Assembly: GCF_009914755.1 (NCBI RefSeq)
Contig: NC_060936.1
DNA length: 64,000 nucleotides
Strand: one strand, 5' to 3'
From: the human T2T-CHM13v2.0 reference genome, Homo sapiens
In this document: positions 13,583 through 25,500 of the stretch, one piece after another
Numbering within the stretch: the first letter of the stretch is position 1
Layout: every line of letters begins with the position of its first letter
The notes under the pieces: model-generated
What the model was told of the DNA's origin: nothing
Databases searched by the model: none
What the model saw: only the letters and a program-made list of their open reading frames with translations
Made by a program: the position numbers and the translations under genes

Positions 13583-13985
13583 TCATGTTTTAAAATGGCA
13601 TTTCTCAACCTTATGCATTCAGAGGATGATCATTTATCATTTCTCTTCATAAGATTAAAATTATATATTCAGAAATATCTCTATCCAGAAATTTATCTCA
13701 ACCAGAAGGCCCAAGTTTCCTTTACGTTGGTGCACATCAACATGAAGGAAACCAAGAGAGTCCCGTGACCAGACTGTTAAGTTCCCAGGGCAGAGAGTGG
13801 ATATCAATCATCTGGGCTTCTTCACTGGTTACCTGTGTGCCAAAGATACAGCAGCACTTCCTCCTCCTCTCAGCTTCGTGAATGAATGAATGGGGGTAGG
13901 CCACGGCTCTTGCACATACTTACACATACTCACATGCCTGGCCTTCTCAGCTTCTTTCATTGCCCTTCACCACCTGGGCCTCCTG

Positions 13986-15196
13986 TCTGGTGGTGACATA
14001 ATAAGAAATATATGTTTAGTCTCCCGTTGGAATTTCCTGAGTGATGGGGTGAGAGGAGCATTCTTAGTTATTCATAATAAGTGCTTTCCAACCACACGTG
14101 AGTTGATGTTAATGAGGTGACACTTGGAGGATGGGAACCAGGTGTCAGAGGAACCAACTGTGTGATTAGGGGTTGAAACTTTCAGCCCCATTTTCCAACC
14201 TCCAGGGAGGGGGAAAAAAACCTGAAGATTGAGGTCAATAATTTAATCAACTACGTAAAGGACCCTCCATAAAAACCCTAAGCAGTGGGGCTTGGACAGC
14301 TTCCAGGTCAGTGAACACAGTGAGGTGCTGGGAGAGTGGCATGCCTAGAGAAGGTGTGGAAACTCTGCACCCCTCCCCCATATGTTGCCTTGTGTATTCT
14401 TTCCACTTAGCTGTTCACCTGTATCCTTTGCAATATCCTTTATGTTGTTAAAGTAAGTTTAGCCTAAAGCTGCCTCACATATTTTAAGTTCAGCCTAAAG
14501 CTTTCTCTGTACATAGTAAACTGTAACCTAACTGGATGTGTAAACTAACTGTACCACACTCTTGTGCCAATCACTGAGTTTTGGCAAATCAGAGGTGGCC
14601 AACTGTTCAAACCAGGTTCAAATAATGCAAACACTGAGCTCTAGCCCATCTGGCTGTTTCTGTAACTCACTTCTATTTTCTATATGTCACTTTCCTTTTT
14701 CTGTCTATAAATCTGCTCCATTACATGATGCTGCTAGAGCCTCTCTGAACCTTTTCTGGTTTGGGGGCTGCCCAATTCATGAATAGTTCTTTGCTCAATT
14801 AAACTGTGTTAAATTTAATTTGTCTAAGGTTTTTATTTTAACAATAATATATCAGTAAACGTAAGTAAATATTTCCCTGATGCTTGTGAGCAGTTATAGC
14901 AAGGTATTGAACATGAGGAAGGGTTATAGGAATCCCTGATTTATAGCCAGTTGGTCAGAAGTACAGGTGACAACCTGGGACTTGTAATTGATTTCTCAAG
15001 TGGGGGACAGTCTTTTGGGACTGAGCCCTTAATCTGTGAAGTCTGTACCAACCACAGGTAATTAGTGTCAGAATTGAGTTAAATTGTAGGGCACTTAGTT
15101 GGTGTCATTAGAAAATTGGAGAATTGCTTGGTGTGGAAAGCCCACACATTTGGGGTCTGAAGTGTTGTGAGTATAGAAAAACAGTTTTTCCTTTAC
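13986..15196 (+). mobile_element. MER21 (B/C) LTR, split by MER57
   Basis: gtgacataataagaaatata...gtatcctttgcaatatccttta | ataatatatcagtaaacgtaagtaaa...gttggtcagaagtacaggtgacaacctgggacttg. Confidence 0.82.
14446..14843 (+). mobile_element. MER57 (A/B) ERV1 solo LTR
   Basis: tgttaaagtaagtttagcctaaagctgcctc...gctcaattaaactgtgttaaattt...tttaaca. Confidence 0.85.
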
Positions 15197-15339
15197 TGGT
15201 GCTATGAGTGGCTTTGCTACTTTCTGCAACTCAGAGCTGGCTGCAGGGAGCAAGAGTAGCTTTGTTTGGAGTTTCTGCTGCATAGAGAAGATTCTGGAAA
15301 AAGAAACAAAAATCAGCACTTCCCATTGTCTTTCTAAAA

Positions 15340-15695
15340 CATGAATATCCAACAGACAACTTTTAGATCCAGCCAAATTTCCATCAGACATTTCCAACTC
15401 AGCATATCAAAATCTGAATCCATCATCTTCTCCCTTTCTTTCCTATTCTACCATGTTCCCTATCTGGGCAAATGTCATTATCACGTACCTGGCTGCCTTA
15501 GCCAGAAACCTGGGAATCATTCTTCCCGAATACTTCCTATCTTCTTAATCTCACTATAATTCAATTTCTGTTGATTCTACATCCTAAGTATCTCTGGTAC
15601 CCATTTCCAATTTTCTTCCTCCATGTCTATTGTCCTTGTTTAAGGCTACCTCAGAATTACAATAGCCTCTTAAAAGGTCTCCCTGCAGCCTCCTT
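15340..15695 (+). mobile_element. L2 fragment (continues at 17365-17745)
   Basis: aactcagcatatcaaaatctgaatccatcatc...gccagaaacctgggaatcatt...caatagcctcttaaaaggtctccctgc. Confidence 0.7.
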
Positions 15696-15835
15696 TATTC
15701 TATCTTTCCTTAGTTCATCCATTTACTCATTTATTCAAAAATATTTATCGAGGATCTACTATGTGTAGAAATTATTCCAGCCATGGGGCTTGTAGAATTG
15801 AACAAAGACAAAAATTCTTGTCCTCATGGATCTTA

Positions 15836-16051
<216 letters not shown>

Positions 16052-16158
16052 TCATAAAATAGACAAAACAAGGGAGGAAATACGAGTGCTGGGGGAGGGA
16101 GATGAAGTTTTAGATAGGGTGGTTTCACTGCAAATGTGGCATTTTGGCAGGGTGTTGA

Positions 16159-16994
16159 TGAAACCACCTTTGCAAAGATTATGACAGCAAGAGGAGTGTA
16201 GCATACCTGACTTCATCTTGCTTCTAGCCTCACAGTCTGGCTGTCTTTGTTCGTTCCTCATTGTAGGCCAAGCTAACCATGGAAGGAATTTAGGTTATAC
16301 TTTAAAGCAAGAATGATAGTAGTCCCCCCATAAAACTGATCCCTCCTTGTTTGGCAACTGAAACTACCTTTGTAAGGCTGATAAAAGACCACAAGATTAG
16401 AGTTAAGGGAGTGGCCTGAACTTGCAAAGATATAGATGTAGCTAAATGATAACCAGCCATTGTCCCCTATTTTGTTTTTCTATAATCCCTTACTGCTCAG
16501 GAGTCATATGGCCAGAGATCCTAAGAATTGTGACTTTCCCAATTGCTCATATAGATAACATCACCATTACATTAGGTTGGTGCACAAGTAATTGCAGTTT
16601 TTGTCATTAGAAGTAATGGCATCTACCTAATAGAACCTAAGATTGGTCTTTGGAGATGCTTTTCAGACTTTTGCATTCTAACAACTGACTGACTCCACCT
16701 GGACCCATTACTGTGGCCCCACTCAAAGGCAGGTCAGCACAAGAGGACTGTTTTCCACACCCCTGTGATTTCATCCCCAACCAATCAACAGCACCCATTC
16801 CCTAGACCCATGCCCACCAAATTATTCATAAAAACCTTAGCCTCTGAATTTATTAGGGAGGCTGATTTGAGTAATACCAAACTCCTGTCCTTTTGCTTGG
16901 CTGGTCTTGTGTTTACTCTGTTTCTTCACTGCAATACTGCCATGAATTGGCCCTATCTGTGCAGTAGGCAAGATGAACTCACTGGGTGATAACA
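16159..16994 (+). mobile_element. LTR8 (A/B) ERV1 solo LTR
   Basis: tgaaaccacctttgcaaagattatgacag...gggtgataaca; TSD ttga/ttta (1 mismatch). Confidence 0.85.
16572..16630. mobile_element. MADE1 (Hsmar1 MITE) with right-arm deletion
   Basis: ttaggttggtgcacaagtaattgcagtttttgtcattagaagtaatggca-tctacctaa followed by TA. Confidence 0.88.
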
Positions 16995-17364
16995 TTTAGA
17001 GGACTAAGTAGTGAAACATGCGGGATCTGAGTGACAGGTGTTACAAGAAGGAAGAGCAGGCACAAAGTTCTGGAGGTGGAACTGTGCCTTGCATTTTCTG
17101 GTGGTTGGAGAGAAGTGGAACAGGCAAAAGGGGGACAGCAGAACCAGAAGAGGTAAGGGCGTGACTGGGAACCAGATCATGGAGAACTTTGCAATCATAG
17201 CAAGTACCTAGGCCTCTGTTTCTCTGATATGTGAAGCCTTTAGAGGTTTTGAGCAGATGTCATTATCTAGGTTACATTTTAACAAGATAAGTCTGGCTGC
17301 TATGCTGAGACCGGACTGTAGGAGGATAAAGTCAGAAGAAACAAATGGTTAGGAGGCTGTTACC

Positions 17365-17745
17365 ATAATGTCATCCTCCGACGCAAAATTCTCCAATGAT
17401 TTCCCAACACAGATAGAATAAAATGAAAACCCTTTTGAATAGCTTTTAAGGTTAGTCATGATTTGGTGCCTTCTGCCATTTTGGCCTCATTTCTTGCTCC
17501 TACTGCCACTCGCCTCCCCATCATTCTCTTGTCTGATTGATAGCCTGGGGAATGCTTATTGAGTTTTCAAGTCATGGTTCAAATGCTTCCTCCTCCATGA
17601 AGATGTCCCTGTTTTCTCCTATGCTCCCATCTCATATGGAGATGTGAACACTTGTTTCTTTCAATGTTATGTTTTTGGCTCTCTCCCCACTAGAACATGC
17701 ACTTCCTAAGGTTAAGGACTCTGCTTTGCATCCTGCTACATAGAA
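17365..17745 (+). mobile_element. L2 fragment
   Basis: gtcatcctccgacgcaaaattctccaatgatttccc...tctccccactagaacatgcacttcctaagg. Confidence 0.65.
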
Positions 17746-18039
17746 ATGACAAAAAGAAAAAAGGTTAAATTGATTACTTTACCATGGAATATGTGTTGGC
17801 TTTTTTTTTCTGTGCAGTACTGGTTTGGGGGGCAGTGATGGAGGGGAACTATTCAACTTTGACACCATGTGAATTCTTAGAGTCTTTTCCACCTTCCTCT
17901 GAAAAAAAATCTAGAAGTCACTGAAGTTCTTTTTTTGGGATGGCAGGGGAAAGAAGGCAAGGTGCAAGGCTTTATTAATGCTGCCTGTATCTGCTAATGT
18001 CATCTCCTTTAGTAAACAAAACCAAGAACCAGTTAAACC

Positions 18040-18335
18040 TGCTGGGTACAGTGGCTCATGCCTGTAATCTCAGCACTTTGGAAGACTGAGGCAGGAAAAT
18101 CTCTTGAGGCCAGGAGTTCTAGACCAGCCTGGAAACATAGCATGAACTTGCCTCTAAGAAAAATTTTTTTTTTTAAATTAGCCGGACATGGTGGTGAACC
18201 TGTAGACCCAGCTACTCAGGAGGCTGAGGTGGAAGGATCACTTGAGCTTGGGAGTTTGAGGTTACAGTGAGCTATGATCACACCACTGCACTCCAGCCTG
18301 GGTGACAGAGTTAGACCCTGTTTCTAAAATAAAAT
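18040..18335 (+). mobile_element. AluJ (Jo/Jr)
   Basis: ttgaggccaggagtt; ggtggaaggatcacttgagc; gagctatgatcacacc. Confidence 0.92.
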
Positions 18336-18426
18336 TAATTAGTTAACTAAATCCCTTTCTATTGTTCTTTGTAGCAATCCTATACCAGAGTTCTGCCACA
18401 AACATGCCAAAAGAAAGAGCAAAAGT

Positions 18427-18720
18427 GGTTGGGCGTGGTGGCTCACACCTGTAATCCCAGCACTTTTGGAGGCTGAAGCAGGTGGATCATGAGGTCAGGA
18501 GTTCAAGACCAGCCTGGCCAAGATGGTGAAACCCTGTCTCTACTAAAAATACAAAAAAATTAGCCAGGCTTGGTGGTGGGTGCCTGTAATCCCAGCTACT
18601 TGGGAGGCTGAGGCAGAGAATTGCTTGAACCTGGGAGGTGGAGGTTGCAGTGAGCTGAAATCATGCCACTGTACTCCAGCCTAGGCAACAGAGCAAGACT
18701 CCATCAAAAAAAAAAAAAAA
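18427..18720 (+). mobile_element. AluSg-type (Sg4/Sg7-like)
   Basis: gatcatgaggtcaggagttc; ccaagatggtg; gcagagaattg; TSD aaagagcaaaagt at 18414-18426 and 18718-18730. Confidence 0.92.
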
Positions 18721-19029
18721 GAGCAAAAGTGGAAAAGGTAAAAAGTGACTTTTATCTAGTTGCTACTCTATAATGCCCTGTGGTTATTTACTTATATATT
18801 TGCTTTGTTGGGGGAAGGAATTGCCCTGGGCATATAGGTTAGGCATAACCTTAATTTCATGGTTGCCATAAATGTTTATTTTATTCAAATCTCCAAGAAT
18901 GCTATTTTATAAGGCTTAAGAAATGCATTTCCTCAAAATCTTGCAAAGCATTTTCCCCCAAATATCAGTGCCTAAGCTGTTTCTTCCCAGTTGTTTCTGC
19001 ATATTTATTTTCTCACTGCAAACCTCTCG

Positions 19030-19505
19030 GTTGAGACTGGAGTTCGCAGCATCTCTCCACAGTTTCTTCAATAACATTCATTAAGATACTCTTTTGTCTC
19101 ATAGTGTAGATCATTACTGAAGCTGTTAACTAACACTAGAGTTTCATTGATTCCTGGGGCAGGGCTATGAGACACCTCTGTAATGTGATACATCGCATCT
19201 ATCCTTTGTTTCGATGTCACCAGCCCTCAGCTTTCAGCCTGTACAGAATGCTAGAGTCCAAATCTAATTCAATTTGAATTCATTTTGCAAGTAAGACTTT
19301 ATTAGATACTGTATTAAGTGCTTTACCAAAATTGGGTTATGTTACATCTTCGTTTTCTCTCTCTCCTTTATTAACATGCAATTCTCACTCCCTTTTTAAA
19401 AAGAAAAAAAAAAAGGCAATTAGGTTTTCCCAGCTTGGTTCAATCTCAAAATCCAGGCTGCTTATTGCCCCTGGTTCCATTATAATCTAAATGCTTACAG
19501 ATGCT
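19030..19505 (-). mobile_element. Ancient CR1-clade LINE reverse-transcriptase fossil
   Basis: Hand translation of the minus strand: ICKHLDYNGTRGNKQPGF; NLIAFF; DVT*PNFGKALNTVSNKVLLAK*IQIELD; LPQES..VLVNSFSNDL, collinear with CR1 RT motifs. Confidence 0.75.
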
Positions 19506-20514
19506 GTCAGCCTCCCTGTCTCGCTTCTCTATGAAATCAGTGCCACATCAGTTTCTATCAAAACTTTACACCTCCTTAGTCCTCAGTTATTTTAGGCTGA
19601 AAGTTCCAACTGATTAATGATGCTTGGAGCCGGAAGTTTCCCCAGAGGCGCTGAATAATGTGATTTTCAAAGTGCTTTTCATGAAGTCCTATTTTCCCCA
19701 AAGATGCCTTAGGGACCACAAGGGAATGATAAGGTGGACGTCCAAAGAACAAGGTTCCTCATCCCTGTTTTAACAGAGCAATAAATATCGTTTTCATCTG
19801 ATTTATGTATTAGAGCTCCATGAGGGGCCACTGCTAGTCCACATGGAGCCCTTTGTGCAAGCCAGAAAAAGTCACTCTTCCTCAGGGCAGACAGTCCTTC
19901 AACAGGGTTGCTATCGTTTTATGTAACATTTGATTTTGAGAAAGGGACTCTGATAATAAAAATTAAGTTGGAGAACCTCTATCCAAGGCCGGCCTCTTAT
20001 GTTACCCAAGAAAAAAAGCCAAAATCAGTTAAGATTGACTTTTCACCATTCTACAGTTGAATATTCATATTCAACGTCTTCCACTTGGGTATGTAAATGT
20101 TTTTGTTATTTTTAGTGGACAGACACTCCTGACTTGACCATGCATTCATGCTCAAAGATAAATGAGTTCATTCAAAATATTTATTAAGTACTCACAAGTC
20201 CACACTCTCATGGAGCCTATATTCTCGAGGAAGAAGATAAGTGATAAAAAGATAACACTGCACATAAATGAAATGCCAGATAGTGGAAAATGCTACAAAG
20301 GAAAACAAAGCAGGAAGAGAGCACAAAGAATAAAGGAAGAAGAATTCTATTTTAGATATTCCACACAATAGCAATCTCTGAGAGCGTTAGTCTTCTTGTT
20401 GTGATGTTTTCTGTTACAAAGTAAACAAACCAACCAACAAACATAGACCCTCTCCACGTTTAGTATTTACAATACACTTAATAAGTCAATAAATAAATCA
20501 AACATACAACAATG

Positions 20515-21005
20515 TTTTATTCATTTAATAAATTTTACTGAATAGACACTAAGAGGAATACATGTAAACAAATAAAATATGTAATAAAACATATTTCCTG
20601 CCTTCAAGGGACTTGAAGTCTAGTGAGAGAATAGGATATACATTAATCTCATGATAATATATTTCATAAATAATTATTCACAGGTCTTTCAGAGCATAAT
20701 GGCGATAAGAGGCTGGTGGGAAGGGGCAGATAACATTCAACAAACAGTTGTGTGTTTGTATTTGATGAGTGAAGGTGGGTCAGAGATGAGAAGGATTTCA
20801 GGAGGAGGCCAGGGAGAGATGGAACAAGCAGAGACATGAAAGCTGGTCTGAAACACAGAGTAGCCTGATGAGACAGAAATGTGGCAGTGTGTGGAAGATA
20901 AGACCTTGAATTTCATGCTAAGGAGTTTTGGATTTATTCCATAGGTGATAGGGAAAAGTGGAAGAATGCGATGAGAAAAGTGCGTGGCGATAAAGATTTG
21001 CATTG
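20515..21005 (-). mobile_element. L2 fragment
   Basis: ttcatttaataaattttactga...cctgccttcaagggacttgaagtctagtg...ctaaggagttttggatttattccataggtgatagggaa. Confidence 0.65.
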
Positions 21006-21014
21006 GTTTTGTAG

Positions 21015-21516
21015 CATATTAGGATTCTCCAGAGAAACAGAATCAATAGGAGATTAGATAGAGACAGAGAGATGGATAGATGATAGATAGATATAGATAG
21101 GCAGATATAAATATGTGATATTATATATGAGAGAGAGACAGAGACAGGGAGAGATTTATTTTAAGGCATCGTCTCACACATTGTGGAGGCTGGCAAGTCC
21201 AACATATGCAGGGTAGGGCAGAAGGCTGGAGACGCAGGGAAGTGTCCATGTTGCAGCTCGACTCCACAGGCTGTCTGCTGGCACAATTTCCTCTTCCTCA
21301 GGAGAGGTCAGTCGTTATTCTCTTAATATACTTCAGTGGATGGAATAAGACCCACCCACATCATGGAAGGAAGATAATCTCCTTTACTCAAAATCTACTG
21401 ACTTAAATGTTAATCTCAACTAAAAAAAATCTTCATATCAACATCTAGATTAGTGTTTGACCAAATATCTGGATGATGTGGCCTAGCTAAACTGACACAT
21501 GAAATTAACCATTACA
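21015..21516 (-). mobile_element. MLT2 (C/D) ERVL LTR with internal GATA/GA repeat
   Basis: attaggattctccagagaaacagaatcaatagga...ggaggctggcaagtcc...actgacacatgaaattaaccattaca. Confidence 0.85.
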
Positions 21517-21686
21517 GACATCTTCCCACTATCTTGTCTGTGGCCCTCAATAGATGCTCAGTAAATGATTCCACCACTGGCCTCCTCAGTGGCAGGTTTG
21601 TGCAGTGTAAGTTGTGTCCTTAGCCAAGCCATGGGAATGGAGGAGGGCTCTGTTGTATTGCAAGAGAAGGCACAGTGCTGGAGCTT

Positions 21687-21850
21687 AGTGCTTTCCCCAT
21701 ACTCACATGCTTAGGAATCACGTGGACAGCTTGTTAAAATGCAGATTCCTGTTTGGTAGATCTAAAGTGAGGCCCAAGATGGACATTTTTAACAACCATC
21801 CAGGAATGTCAATGCTGCTAGTCCATGGTCCACACTCTGAGCCGAAAGGC
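21687..21850. mobile_element. MER5A (hAT-Charlie)
   Basis: ggaatcacgtggacagcttgttaaaatgcagattcctg...tttaacaaccatccagg...gtccacactctgag. Confidence 0.75.
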
Positions 21851-21964
21851 AGTAGAATTTCTGAAGCTCTGGTTTCAGCAAGATGGGTGGGAGGTAACTG
21901 TATCTCTGTAGAGTGAGAGGTGACCTGAGGGGTAGCCAAAATGGCCTCTAGTGTGTACTTGAAA

Positions 21965-22150
21965 GCAGTGGACTCCAAAGCTTTTTTGTTCCTTACAGTC
22001 ACCTAGAGAGCTTCTAAACCACAGATGCTCCACCTCTGGGGAGTGGGACTGAGGGAATTCAAGGCTCAAGACTCCATGTTACTCTTCAGAGTTACAATAC
22101 TCCCAGGTAATTTTGATGCAGACCTGAGACAACTCTTTGAGAAACCCTGG
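21965..22150. mobile_element. MER5B/C-like MITE
   Basis: agtcacctagagagctt...ctcccaggtaattttgatgcag...ctttgagaaaccctg. Confidence 0.6.
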
Positions 22151-22529
22151 TTTAAATTTTTAAGGCTTAGAAAAACTGCAAGTATGTTTTCTGGAAAAAG
22201 TTCTTAAGGCACCTGCAACCACATTTTCTTGGGGGACTAAAATGCTGGAAGGGTAGAAGGCAAATTTTGTTTCATTTAGAGTTTTACTGAGGCTGAGAGG
22301 TTACATAGACCTAGGGAATGGTAAGTCTATTACACAGGGAATAATTATATATGGAAAAAGTATTTTTAAATTCCTAATCAAACAAGACATGAATGCCTCT
22401 TCTGCTCCATGTTTACCCAGGGGAAGAACAAAGAATGGGCCATATGACCTGTGCATAGATGTAGAAAATCTCTTACTGTATGGCTGTGATATTTAGGATT
22501 GGTTGAGCTGTTATATCAAAAATTCCTGG

Positions 22530-22596
22530 AAGACTATACTTTCAGGGATCATTTCCATAGTTTACTAGAGAAGTTTATCTGAACATGTAGAGCACC
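22530..22596 (+). pseudogene. U3 snoRNA (SNORD3) 5' fragment, nt 1-70, retrocopy
   Basis: aagactatactttcagggatcatttccatagtttactagagaagtttatctgaacatgtagagcacc versus recalled human U3 1-70: 3 substitutions and a 3-nt deletion. Confidence 0.93.
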
Positions 22597-25500
22597 AGCT
22601 CTCTGGGTCCCCTAGGAAGCCATTTCTGCCTTGTCTCTCAGAGGTCCTTGGGGAGGGCTGCCAGAAGTACTGGGAAAAGGCCACAGGGAGAAGGAAACCT
22701 TCAGCTGAATTTTGTAACAATTCCAACCAAACAAGAAGTCTCCTGGCCAGAATTCGGGGGAGGGCATGAAGCCAGTGGGCAGACCCCACAGGTGGGGAAG
22801 CATGAAAGCCCTACTTGTTTTTGTAGCTGGGAATCTGGTAGCCTGGGGCAAGTTCTCAGCCCTGCTTGCCCCCTGCCTGGAAACAGACTCAATGCTGCCG
22901 TGGGAGGAAGCATGGTAGGAGTGAGATTGGCCTTTCGGGTTGCATGGGAGCTGAGTGAGGCCTGTGATTGCCAGTTTTCCCCCACTTCCCTGACAACCTG
23001 CATGACACAGCAGAGGCAGCCATAATCTTCCTAGGAACATAACTCCATTGACCTGGGAACCATACCCCCATCCTCCACAGCAACCACAGCAAGACCCACC
23101 CAAGGAGATTCTGAGCTCAGACATGACTAGCCCTGCTCCCACCTGATGGCCCTTCCCTACCCACCCTGGTAGCTGAAGACCAAGGGCACATGCTCTTGGG
23201 AGTTCTATGGCTGCACCCACCACGTGATCCCATACTGTCACAGCTGATGCTCTCTTGAAAGCACCACCTCCCAGCAGGCGGCCAACCAGCACAAAAATAG
23301 TGTATTAAACAATCAAAATTAAGGACTCTCACACAGTCCATTTCACTCCTCTGCCACCTCCACCAGAGGAGGTGCTGGTACCCACGGCTGAGAGACCCAC
23401 AGATGATTCACATCACAGGGCTCTGTGGAGACAACCAGCAGTGCCAGCCTGGAGCCTGGTAGACCTGCTAGGTGGCTAGATCAAGAAGAGAGGTAACAAT
23501 CACTATAGCTCAGCTGTCAGGAAGCCACATCCATAGGAAAAGGGGGAGAATACTACATCAAGGGAACATTCCAGGTGACAAAAGAATCTGAACCACAGCC
23601 TTAAGCCCGAGACCTTCTTTCTGACAGAGACTACCCGAATGAGAAGGAACCAGAAAACCAACTTTGGTAATACGAGAAAACAAAGTTTTTTAACACCCCT
23701 CAAAAATCACACTAGCTCACCAGCAATGGATCCAAACCAAGAAGAAATCCCTAATTTACCTGAAAAAGAATTCAGAAGGTCAGTTATTAAGCTAATCAAG
23801 GAGGCACCAGAGAAAGGTGAAGCCCAATTTAAGGAAATAAAAAAAAATGATACAAGAAATGAGGGGAGAAATCTTCAGCGAAATAGCATAAATAAAAAAC
23901 AATAAAAACGTCAGGAAACAATGGAGACATTTATAGAAATGCAAAATGCTCTGGAAAGTCTCAGCAATAGACTTGAACGAGCAGAAGAAAGAAATTTAGA
24001 GCTTGAAGACAAGGTTTTACAATTAACCCAATACAACAAAGACAAAGAAAAAAGAATAAGAAAATATGAACAAAGCCTCTAAGAAGTCTGGGATTATGTT
24101 AAATGACCAAACCTAAGAGTAATCTGCATTCCTGAGGAAGAAGAGAAACAAAAAAGTTTGGAAAACATATTTGGAGGAATAACTGAGGAAAATTTCCTGG
24201 ACCTTGCTAGAGACCTAGACATCCAACTACAAGAAGCTCAAAGAACATTTTGGAAATTCATTGCAAAAAGAGCACCACCTAGGTACATTGTCATCAGGCT
24301 ATCTAAAGTTAAGATGAAGAAAAAAAATCAAGAGCTGTGAGGCAAAAGCATCATGTAACCTGTAAAGGAAACCTATCAGATTAACAGCAGATTTCTCAGC
24401 ACAAACACTACAAGCTAGAAAGGATTGGCGCCCTGTCTTCAGCCTCCTTAAACAAAACAATTATCAGCCAAGAATTTTGTATCCAATGAAAGTAAGCTTC
24501 ATAAATGAAGGAAAGATACAGTCTTTTTCTGACAAACAAATGCTGAGAGAATTTGCCACTACAAAGCCAAGCACTACAAGAACTGCTAAAAGGAGCTCTA
24601 AATCTTGAAACAAATCCTGGAAACACATCAAAACAGAACCTCTTTAAAGCATAAATTTCATAGAACCTATAAAACAAAGTACAAAAAAAAAAGGTATACA
24701 GGCAACAAATAGCATGATGAATGAAATAGTACCTCATATCTCATACTAACATTGAATGTAAATGGCCTAAATACTCCACTTAAAAGATACAGAATTGCAA
24801 AATGGAGAAGAATTCACCAACAACTATCTGCTGCTTTCAAGAGACTCCCCTAACTTATAAGAACTCACATAAACTTAAGGTAAAGGGATGGAAAAAGACA
24901 TTCCATGCAAATGGACACCAAAAGCGAGCAGAAGTAGCTATTCTTATATCAGGCAAAACAAACTTTAAAGCAATAGCAGTTAAAAAAAGACAGAGACATT
25001 ATATAATGATAAAAGGCCCTGTCCAACAGGAAAATATCACAATCCTAAATATATACGCACCAAACACTGGAGCTTCCAAATGTATACAACAATTACTACT
25101 AGACCTAAGAAATGCGATAGACAGCAATACAATAATAATAGTGGGGGAGCTCAATATTCCACTGACAGCACTAGACAGGTCATCGAGACAGAGAGTCAAC
25201 AAAGAAACACTGGATTTAAACTCTACCCTGGAACAAATGGACTTAACAGATATTTACAGAACATTCTACCCAACAATTGCAGAACATATATTCTATTCAT
25301 CAGCGCATATAACTTTCTCCAAGATACAGCAGATGATAGACCACAAAACGAGCCTCAATAAATTTAAGAAAGTTGAAATTATATCAAGCACTCACTCAGA
25401 CCACAGTGGAATAAAACTGGAAATCAACTCCAAAAGGAACCTTCAGAACCATGCAAATACATGAAAATTAAATAACCTTCTCCTGAATGATCTTTAGGTT

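Noticed and set aside
18040-18720. Adjacent Alu pair as a dsRNA/editing substrate
   Set aside because: Both are in the same orientation, as is the 39464/40568 pair; no close inverted full-length pair exists.
22612-23292. 226-aa antisense ORF in the L1 5'UTR (ORF0-like?)
   Set aside because: Starts at a non-ATG codon in GC-rich UTR; ORF0 is described for young L1PA elements and I see no similarity.
24802-25464. 220-aa endonuclease-like ORF
   Set aside because: Fragment of the dead L1PB1 ORF2: true start lost to frameshift, premature stop. Not a gene.
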